A DNA stretch of 63,752 nucleotides, the filler included, from Octopus bimaculoides (taxonomy: Eukaryota): assembly GCF_001194135.2 (NCBI RefSeq). It is 5 parts of 4 records of this genome, joined end to end, with 100 filler letters (N's around TTAATTAATTAA, not from the genome) between each part and the next. Parts side by side here need not be neighbours in the genome. Positions count along the whole stretch, not along the records: positions 51,445 to 62,251 come from NC_068994.1; positions 62,352 to 63,752 come from NC_068988.1; 3 more parts are not named here. One strand, 5' to 3'. Position numbers and translations under genes: made by a program. Positions 53,196 to 63,752 of this stretch are shown here, one piece after another (the stretch's first letter is position 1; the number at the start of each line of letters is the position of its first letter). Under the pieces are notes generated by a model. The model had not been told where the DNA came from. It was given only the letters and a program-made list of their open reading frames with translations, and searched no databases.

Positions 53196-54442
53196 CCACT
53201 TAGAGGCGTCTACAATATTTTAAGGACGTAGATCTGTGGAAGTTCAGCATGCATTGAAGTACACAAGTACTTGCGAGAAGAATTTGGTAAAAGGGAACTC
53301 TGCAGGTGTTTATTGCGCCACGGTCAACAGTAATCGACAGCTTCTCTTATTAGGACTGACGTCCAGTTCATTTAAAAAATATTCTGTCAACATTCCCATA
53401 TGCTTAGAAACTAGAGCAGGAAAGCAGGCAGGTCACTCTCGATCCACTTTTGCATTTAATATCACCCAACAGAAAATGTTAGGATTTACAAAAGCTTATA
53501 TTTCCAATGGAAACTCTTATCCTCTATGAACCCCTGAATCTTATGAAATTCTATTCCCCTGCAACCAAGTCCGGGTTTCCGTCACATAATGGAAACTCGG
53601 AATTAGTTTCATCCTGTTGACATAAGCTTCAAAACATTAAAATACTTCAAACCGTTGATATCTCCAAATAAGTAATGATCACATATACGATCGGCAAATG
53701 AATTATCTCCCTTCAAATAGAAATTTTCAAGTGATTAATGATCAGCAGGGAAGTTTATATATCTATTAGATTATTATCTCAGAAATGTCTTTGTCTTAAA
53801 TCAATAAATGATAACCCTTTATAGGATTAACCCAAATCTGTAGAGGATGGACCAAAAATCAGGAAATCTGCCCATAGCTTTCTGTTTTTGGGTATAATCT
53901 GGTTGTCTTAGCTGACGCACCAATTGCACATTTTATCTGGAAACTTTTGGCGCAGGATGTTATGAGTATAATTAAAGTATAATTTTTTTTCAGATACCAG
54001 GCTCTCAGTAATACTATAGAGACTGATTAATTTACAGCTAATTAATTTAATTAGAATTAACATATTCATTAAAATATACAAACCTTTAGAATAAATAAGC
54101 AGTTTTCCAAACATAAAATCCTGAAATTATACCCTCCACCTCAGAGTGTCGCAACTTGTCCGCTAGGTGGAGCACTGAGTCATACAGGACCACATTGTAA
54201 TATATATAAATTCTGATGAAACGCTATTTATCCAGAACATTCTATTCAAGAACAAAAACAATTTTTTTCTTACCCTCCAACAATCTGTCCACTCGTAATA
54301 ACAGGATTTGAACACGGTTCTTCCAATTTGCTTTTAATTGACTCTCGACACAATAGTCGTTAATCTTTTTAACATTTGTCTTCTCTGACTCCATTCTAAA
54401 CTTTAATATACTTTAGCTATGTATATGTGTCTTGCTTTTTGG

Positions 54443-54483
<41 letters not shown>

Positions 54484-55324
54484 TAGATTTCAACAACAAT
54501 GAAATGTTTTGGTAGCAACTATCTTACGGTATTAGTGCTTCAAGCTAGATTAGATTAGATTAGATTAAATATATTATTTCTCGTCCAAATGACATTAATT
54601 CTCATCTTGTTCTTCTTACAAAATCTCGTTTTATTTCGACTTGTTCAAAACACCAATATGTTGCCCTTAGACTAGATTTTCCCCAATCGATAAATAATCA
54701 ATAGAAAACTATATGTTTACATTATTATCTTGGAAGTTTGTTTTTCCTTAATCCTGCAGATAATAAAGACCGCAGTAAATTACTTGAAGACTTGTTATGA
54801 AAGTAAATAATGTTCTTTAAACCACAATGTTTTAGGTTTGTTTCCTGACTAGGACCAGGAAAAAGAAAATCAATCTCACTAGTTTCATCGTTCATTAAAG
54901 TCTCATCAGAAATCGCTTCTCCATTTTTGCCACATAACAAACAGAATCGTAACTGAGAGTTCTGTCTACTGACGACAAAAGACAAACTTGTCTTTCCACT
55001 ACAGTGTCTACTTTTCACATAGAGACTAAAAATGTGTTTATTAAGCACATCCTCGTAAGTTTGCCATATTTATTTACCTATCCTAGCGACATATATCCAA
55101 ACACACACACACACACACATTGACAGAATAATAATACGATCCGAAAAGATCTTGGTACAAGAAGTTAGTGTTTTTTCTGTGTTACGTAAGACATATTGAG
55201 TTTAGTTTGGTTACATATGTAGTCTCGATTTACCTTTTATACTCTTTGCACTCTTTGATGTGTGTGTATAAACATAGATATATTTATATAAAAATTATGC
55301 ATGTGTGATGCATGTGTATGTACG

Positions 55325-55410
<86 letters not shown>

Positions 55411-55614
55411 TGTGTGTGTATGTGTGTGTGTGTATGTGTGTGTGAGTTCACGTGTATGCAAGTATGTTTGCGCGTGCGTGTGCTTGTGTGTATGGGTGTA
55501 TGTATGTGTGCGTGTTTCGCCGATGAGCATCGCTTAAAAAGATGTAAAACATCGGCAAAAGAACCGAAAAACCGATGCGTTTAATAAATGAGTATCCTGT
55601 GTGGAATTTGTTCT

Positions 55615-55768
55615 TCCCAGTTGTAGATACACTCCCTTGACACTCTCACAAGGTGCGCGTGTCTGCAGAGTGCTGAGCCAGATGCACGCTAATTTCATGA
55701 GCAGGCTGTTTTGTTGATCGGATCAACTGGAACCCTCGACGTCGTAACCAACGGAGTGCCAATTTATT
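55615..55768 (-). mobile_element. SINE-like repeat fragment, fourth family
   Basis: GC-richer block gttgatcggatcaactggaaccctcgacgtcgtaacc set in AT-rich flanks. Confidence 0.45.
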
Positions 55769-56546
55769 TTCTGCTACCGGTGTGAAACTGGTGTTGTGTC
55801 AAATAGCGTGACCTGATGGTTCAATAGAGAGATCGATGAAATAAATACCAGGCGGAAATATGTATCGGAGTTTATATGACTGATTGAAACCTCTGAAGGT
55901 TGTACTCCAGTATCGCCACACGCAATTAGTGATGTCACGTGTGTCTACGTAACAACTAGAATATATTAAAATATGTTAATTACGGTAACCTGATAGTGTC
56001 TTTCATTTTGATTAAATGTAGTATTGTCATGAAATTGTCACGTAACGAAGATATTTAAATCTAAAACTTCATCACAGTCTCTCATTTACTAAATCACAGC
56101 ATTTATTAGTAATACTGTCGTCTAAACAAATTTTGTGACCCTGGTTTTGTTTGTGCCATATTGATGGCTCATTCCCTCCAGAGTCTTTCTTTAAATATAA
56201 TCAGATCAGTCAGCAGAATAAAAAGATTTGTCTCATCGCAAGTAAGTGCCACCCATTCATCGACCAGTATTTAATGAAGACAAACTTCGATGGTCAATCA
56301 AGCCATCACTCTTATTTCATTCTGACAATAAATCACACTCAACTTCAGTATCTTTTAGAAAGTCCGGATGTGTATCACATTTATCCGGAAGCTTATGCAA
56401 ATTATCCGGAAGCGAGCATCTACGATGTATTCCACCGACATTAATTGAACAAATAGTATTTTCTGGCAACTGGAGTTTGTATCGGTAGATTTCCTGCTAG
56501 TCACTGGAACTCTGGTTATTGTAGTCCTTCGAATCGTTGCGTTGTA

Positions 56547-56580
<34 letters not shown>

Positions 56581-57867
56581 TATTGAAACATTCTTATTTA
56601 GATGAACAGCTGTTGTTTGCCGAAGAAGGCGAGACGAGTGTTCGAATGTTAGTGTTTCCAGTTAAATGTTCAATCATCTATATAGGTGATTTGTTAAAGT
56701 ACAAGCTAGAGAAACAGGTGGATGCAGAAATGTAATAGAATATTACGAGTCGGTTCAATCAAATTCATTTTATCGCAACGGAACGTCTGGAATCAATGGG
56801 AAACATCAATAAAAAATGGATGAAATCAATTCTATAAAAGAAATTCCACCATTCGAACTTTTGACTCTTGAAAGCAAACAAGCTTACAAATTATTCATTA
56901 ACGAATCGTAAGAACATAAAACGAACGGTAAATCAGAACATTAAAGGATAAAATGATATTAGAAAGCCGCCAAGACTCTTGAGGAATAAACTGTTGTAAT
57001 GGTGTGTAAAATAAGAAGAAGAAAAAGAGAAAAACCAAAATGGTTGTAAAAAATCAACAGCAACGACAAGGGTTTTAATGAAAAAAAAAACAATTTTTTT
57101 TTTTGTTAGAGACAAACGTGAAATTTGTGATAGTTATTCGTTTTTATGTGTCTAGCTGAGTTCAAAGTGATAGCAACGACATCTGGTGTGGTAACTAATG
57201 TTATTAGATTTATGTTGAGGTGCATCCATACCAAAACTCTGAGCAGACGGCACACTATTTATAAGAGGGTTGATGTAATTTAGTTTAGAAAGGTAAGAGG
57301 TAAAACTGATGGGAAATTTGGATTTGTCTTCTGCAGATTTCTGGCCACTAATTACTGCTGCTGCTGCTGCTGCTACAGGGTTGCTAATTAAGTGTCACGG
57401 TTAACTTATAGTGGTAACTAAGGTTACAAAACGCCACTGTACAGTTTAGAAGGCTGGTCTAGATTGGCATCATGGGTTATCACACGCAGATGTCAACTGA
57501 CCTTGCAGTGTTAACATGGAAATCTTTTTTACAAGCTTATATATATATATATNNNNNNNNNNNNNNNNNNNNNNNNNNNNNNNNNNNNNNNNNNNNNNNN
57601 NNNNNNNNNNNNNNNNNNNNNNNNNNNNNNNNNNNNNNNNNNNNNNNNNNNNNNNNNNNNNNNNNNNNNNNNNNNNNNNNNNNNNNNNNNNNNNNNNNNN
57701 NNNNNNNNNNNNNNNNNNNNNNNNNNNNNNNNNNNNNNNNNNNNNNNNNNNNNNTTTATTCTTTTATTTGCTTCAGTCATTTTGACTGCGGCCATGCTGG
57801 AGCACCACCTTTAGTTGAACAAATCGGCTTGGCGGTGGGATGCAGTTTTTATGCTCCCGCTCAGGAG

Positions 57868-58046
57868 TAGGTAAGCCGATTACATCGACTCCCTTCCCCC
57901 AATGCGCGAGTGGTACTTATTTAGTCGACCCCGAAGGGATGAAAAGTAAAGTCGGCCTCAGCGGAATTTGAATTCAGAACGTAAGGACGGACGAAATACC
58001 GCTAAGCATTTCCGCCGACGTGCTAACAATTCTGCCAGCTCGCCGC
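57868..58046 (-). mobile_element. OR-like SINE, well preserved
   Basis: Reverse complement gcggcgagctggcagaattgttagcacg...ttctgaattcaaattccgc (A/B boxes). Confidence 0.85.
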
Positions 58047-58857
58047 TGGCAGAATACGTACGTACGTGTGTGTGTGTGTGTGTGTGTGTCTGTGTCTGTG
58101 TGTGTGTGTGTGTCTATGTGACTGTATTCATGTAATATAGTACAGCTTGCTGTTTGATCGGGTAATCGACGATTAATCCGGCAACCCTATAAAACTAACC
58201 TGTTGCGAAAAGTCCCAATAAACCGAGAAGGACCAAAACAAGGCCAATCAAGGAAATGGATGGAACCAGAGCTAATTCATGGAAACTTCATCGAACAATA
58301 TGGTTGGTGTTTGGTGCCTGTTAGATTCTCTAAGAGGGAGGCAGCCCTTAGTTGTTAGTAAAGGATATCACCAGACGAATGTGTACAAGAGATAGAAATT
58401 CCATCCTGTTGTGTTGGGGACATTAGATAATGTGTCCCCTACTAAAAATGATTTGATGGTCATAACTAGAATAGTTTTCGTCATGGCTTTGCTCTTAGAA
58501 TCTAAAGTGTTCCAGATTTGACCATCCTGTGTCTGCACTTTACATGATGTATTCTTAGGTACACAGTGTCTAGCTAAACGATGCATACATAGGCACATAC
58601 ACATACAAATAAACACACATAGATAGATATAGTCTTTCATACGCGTAGATGCATACATACACACACACACATTCACAGACGCATACACGCACTTCAATAC
58701 GTACTTATACACTGCATACACACACATATGTACACACATATATCCATAAACACATATCAAAACAAAGAATATTTGTGGGACATTCCCATCAGAACTTGTA
58801 CCAAATGCAAACACAGTAAGCACGACATAGTTATTTGGGACTGAAAATAAGTCACGT

Positions 58858-59375
58858 GACGATGAAGATTAGTCGTCCTGCAGTTGTGGACATTTTTGAA
58901 CGGGAAGGAGAATATTTATGGACAACTGCTTCGAAGCCTGCAGCTTCTCTACCCTGATTATGAATTCAAATTATACCTGTAATTAGTGGCCCCAAGGAAA
59001 ATGTTTAAGTGACAATCTAGAAAAGCCGAGGTTTTCAGGCGAATAAAGAAATCAGCTTTACAATACAATGTGAGAATGGGACGGTGGAAATAGGCAAAGA
59101 CTCTTCTAAAAGATTGGAATGTAACAATAATAGCTAGTCTTACCCAAATTCCAATGATGATTTTCCAGGAAGAATTCTAAAAATATGAAAAAAACATTGA
59201 CATAGATGTTCTATTGAACGTTAGATGAGATTCTGTCCATTGATGTTAAATCCCGGAAGTACTCTACAGCAGATCAAATCAATATAGATTATCTACAGCT
59301 AAAACTAGGCGGCAAAGGTTGAGCAGCGATTAAAAACCTTTTAAATGCGAATTCATATAACTTCGACAACATCTA
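58858..59375 (+). mobile_element. R4/Dong-like (REL endonuclease) LINE fragments
   Basis: 58858-59115: KISRPAVVDI..KENIYGQLLRSLQLLYPDYEF/IPVISG..MGTVEIGK. 59220-59375: LDEILSIDVKSRK..DYLQLKLGGKG..LRQHL. Confidence 0.65.
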
Positions 59376-60999
59376 TTGACCATTAGATGTCCAAGTCCAC
59401 CATGGATGAAGTCTTATCCTGATGAGATGCAACACAGAGCTTCTAGGAACATTAATTACATAAGGATTGAAGAGGTTAGGCTCATCTATACACTGAAAGC
59501 ACCCATTAACAACAGACATGAACTGTGGGCATTTGATGGCGTTTTGTAACAATAGCAATCTGTACGCGACGCAGTCCGTCTCTATTTGCCCATATTTCGA
59601 TAGGATACGCTGTTTGGTCACTGTCCTCCATCTTGATAAGAGAAACCTGAAATATCGAAATTTAAGATAAAAACGTAAACTGATAGTTTGTTTTCTTTCT
59701 GTTTTTACTCTTTTATTTCCAACTTAATGATTTAATGGCGTCCAAAATTAATCTTCCCTCCATCTCATAATACTTCCTTTCAACATACATATAGATACGC
59801 GCGCGCGCGCATGCATACATACATACATACATACATACATATAGTTATTGTTTATCTATTGTTCGTTGCTCTACCCCTTCCAGGTATGCAGGGCAAGTGA
59901 ATTCGATGCTTCAGATCACAGCACAGATCCTTAAACACACCTACAGCGTATTTCTGTCTAACAGTATTGATTACACACACACACACACACACACCATCTG
60001 ATTTACAGGGAAAATAGGCAGATAAGCATACACACACATTCACGTTCATATGCGCGCGCGCGCACACATACGATAGACACACTGATAACTAGGCAGCTGC
60101 CTATAGTTGGTCACTCAAATTGTTAGCAATAACAGCCAAATTTCAATTAAACTACATCGTGTAGTCTTAAAAAGAAGGACAGTGTATCCACAATAGTAAG
60201 ATATACTGTCTGAAAATATAACGAGGTGGTCATGGATGGCACCATTGAACGTAGGACTACTGGATGAGAGCTGCCACTGAGTCTTGTACAGCTTTATTGT
60301 TCTGTCAACAAATTCTATCTGTAAAGTGTGGGTTAGACAATGGTGGACGATAGTGACGGCGACGACACCTCCGGATCAGCTAAGACGGTGACTACTGCTA
60401 TATCTGATCTCATATAAACTTTTGTGGTTCGACAAAAAGTGATTGATATAAGAAGTACCAGGCTCATAAAAATTCTTGGCTTCAGCTATCCATAGTTTGC
60501 AATACACAATAGAGATATTGAAATATCAAGCAATGCCTGTGCCTTCTTTTAAATGACGAAAGGCCTTGCGAAGGGCCAATCCCACTCTCTGAATTACGTA
60601 TGCATTTGTCCCAAAAGAAAAACTAATCAACATTATTGGATGCAAATGGAGTCACAGTCGTTCCTTTGGATAAGATGTCTAAAGAAATACTAGGGCTCTC
60701 TGACAGCCCGCTCTTGGACAACAGTTGACGCCACTCAGCTCTCACCTGCCTTTCGACAGTTTTTCGTTGTTTTTTTTTCATCCTGAGGGTGCGAACGAAA
60801 CACCAATAACCCCCTCCCCCAGCGCCTTACAAAGCAGCCTTTCTATAATTGAGACTTTCGTTGCCGACAGCCTGGGCATGCAATAGGTTGCACTAGGTTA
60901 TAGGTTACCAGCAGCACCAACAGCGATCTGATATAGTTGTATAGGTAGAGCGATGCACACACACACATATAAGTGTATACATGTGTGTATGTATGTCTG

Positions 61000-61014
61000 T
61001 ATACATGTGTGTAC

Positions 61015-61063
<49 letters not shown>

Positions 61064-61392
61064 AAGTATGTCTCTATGTACGTATGTGTAAGTAGTTGCA
61101 TATATTTATGCACACTATCTAGATAGACAGACACACACACGCACACATCAAACATACACACTTATGCATAAATACACGGATATAAAACTACATCAAAATG
61201 CGTATATGTGTTTCTGTGTGCGTTTGTGTCTATATATATAGGGAGAGATAGATAAAGGTACATATATGCATTTATATATATATATGTGTATGTATGTGTG
61301 TGTGTGTGAGTGTGTGTATGTGTGTATATATATATATGTCTATGTATTATATATGTATATAAATATGTGTGTGTGTGTCTATGTATTATATG

Positions 61393-61434
<42 letters not shown>

Positions 61435-61592
61435 CGTGTGTGTGTGTGTGTGTGTGCTTGTATACACACACACACACACACTCATATATACACATATATT
61501 TGTGCGTGTGTGTAAGTACGTATATGTATGAATATATATATATATATACATTTTAAATGTATGAAATACGTATATATACATATGTATATATA

Positions 61593-61635
<43 letters not shown>

Positions 61636-61723
61636 TATATCCTGTACCCTGATATGCATCTATATACACATGTAGATGAAAGTATATACATATATGTGTG
61701 TATACATGCATATATATTTTTTG

Positions 61724-61759
<36 letters not shown>

Positions 61760-62650
61760 GAATATGTGTGTTTGTACACATATACGTGTATATACTCAGA
61801 CACAAGCATATATATAAACATATAAATAAATATGTAAACATAAAGATGCACACAAAGTAACACACATATACACATCCCCGCAAAGTATTCAACAATAATC
61901 ACATTTATATACATTTATACACACACATGTATACATATGTGTGTGTGAAACAGCTGCGTATATATATTTTCATATGTGTATATACAAATACGCACGCACA
62001 CACATACATACACATACATACGCCGCACAAACACATACATATAATAAGGCATACAGCCATTTCAGCTAACATTAAGCTTAATTGAAAGTTATATAAAAGA
62101 GTGGTTAGTTTACAGATATTAAACACACATTTCAGTCCTCTATACTTGAAATCCACGTTCATTATACACACAGGCAGTGAATATATACATCATAAAAGTT
62201 CATCTATAACAGATGTATAGATATATGTAATTGTATATATATATATATATANNNNNNNNNNNNNNNNNNNNNNNNNNNNNNNNNNNNNNNNNNNNTTAAT
62301 TAATTAANNNNNNNNNNNNNNNNNNNNNNNNNNNNNNNNNNNNNNNNNNNNACATACATAGTACATGCATACGTACATACATACGTACCTACACACATAC
62401 ATGCATACATACTTACATACATACATGCATATATACATAGATACCTATATACATACATACGTACATACATACCTACATACAAACATACATACGTACGTGC
62501 ATGCATGCATACATACGTACATACGTACATACATACATGCATACATGTATGCATACATACATAGATATGTGTACACACATACATACATGCATGCATGCAT
62601 ACATACATACATACATACATACATGCATACATACATACATACATACACAC
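61000..62650. repeat. Extended degenerate AT/GT/ATAC microsatellite field
   Basis: Seen directly. Confidence 0.95.
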
Positions 62651-62651
62651 A

Positions 62652-62872
62652 TACCATGAACTAACTGTTACTTTCTCAAATGTAGCACGAAATTTTATGA
62701 GTGAACAGGTCGCGGTTTCAAAGCGACGAAAATATTTTGACAAATTAAATCTAACGGTTTTTGTGTTTTTTTTTTTAAATGGCTTATAAACACCTTCCAC
62801 GCTGCAATTGATTTTGTTTCAGCACACGATCTCAGATCAAGTCACTTGCTATGCAAGTACATCTCCGTAATA
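62652..62872 (+). mobile_element. Penelope pLTR-like insert carrying a variant hammerhead
   Basis: A unique 220-bp block between microsatellites that contains the motif described below. Confidence 0.5.
62694..62744 (+). ncRNA. Hammerhead-like motif with a G3-C8 core swap
   Basis: Reads tttatga GTGAACA g gtcgc ggtttcaaa gcgac GAAA atat TT tgacaaa. Confidence 0.55.
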
Positions 62873-62890
62873 TATATATGTATATATATG

Positions 62891-62931
<41 letters not shown>

Positions 62932-63068
62932 GTGTGTGTGTGTATGCATGTACGTATGTATGTATGAACATACAAGCATACTCCTACACCTATTTATGAA
63001 TATTTTAATATATATTAAATATGAAAATATATGATATATATACATATATACATTATATGCACACACAT

Positions 63069-63114
<46 letters not shown>

Positions 63115-63469
63115 GCTCGCATGCGTGTATGCACACATATATCTACTGAGAGAGTTTGTATGATGGCGAGAATGGAAGTGTTAGAATGAACGTCTATTTG
63201 CGATGTTTCATATTTATATGAGCAGTTTCTTTATGCGTGAGTGCACAGTTCATGTGGAATGGTGTACGTGCATTTGATGGTACATAATCTTTCTACTAAG
63301 CATCCCATTCATCTCACTATCTATATATCTGTTTTTGTATTTGTCTCAGCCTCAATCAATCTTTCAATAATCTATCCATTTAGTATTTATCTATTTACAT
63401 GCATGTTATATATGTATATTTTAATCTTCACAACTATCTAGCTGGCTATGTTAAGTTTGCTTCCTATGA

Positions 63470-63592
63470 AAACGGTTCCGGCTTCAGTTCAACAGTGTGG
63501 CACCTTGGGCAAATGTCCATCTACTGCAGCCAGGGCTTACCAGAGCCTTGTAGCTGGATTTGGTAGACGGAAACTGAAAGATCCCCGTGACA
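63470..63592 (+). mobile_element. OK-like SINE 5' half
   Basis: gtggcaccttgggcaaatg...ggatttggtagacggaaactgaaag. Confidence 0.8.
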
Positions 63593-63704
63593 TACATACA
63601 TGCATACATACACACATATAGACAGACAGACAAATAAACAGACAGGCAGATATACACACACACATACACACACACACACATATATATATAATATATATAT
63701 ATAA

Positions 63705-63752
<48 letters not shown>

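Overview
This is a gappy, AT-rich eukaryotic draft scaffold dominated by microsatellites and tRNA-derived SINEs. The SINEs look like the octopus OK/OR families, so the source is inferred to be an octopus. Almost all ORFs in the supplied track are translated microsatellites or N-gaps. There is no CRISPR array, rRNA or intact tRNA gene. Recognisable content: (1) a chain of phase-compatible GT-AG exons on the + strand (about 4.8-19.4 kb) from an unidentified gene; (2) decayed RTE, CR1-like, R4/Dong-like and possibly Penelope-like retrotransposons; (3) a mariner relic and piggyBac-, hAT- and DINE-like miniature elements; (4) a small LTR (TRIM-like) element. The main signal is a set of minimal type I hammerhead ribozyme motifs from several unrelated families. 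Two sit in fold-back palindromes with one ribozyme per strand (21.8 and 38.8 kb). There is also a tandem pair 339 nt apart (49.3 kb), a CpG-decayed copy between inverted arms (1.7 kb), and a copy with a compensatory G3-C8 core swap (62.7 kb). All structures were derived by eye; no folding or database search was run.
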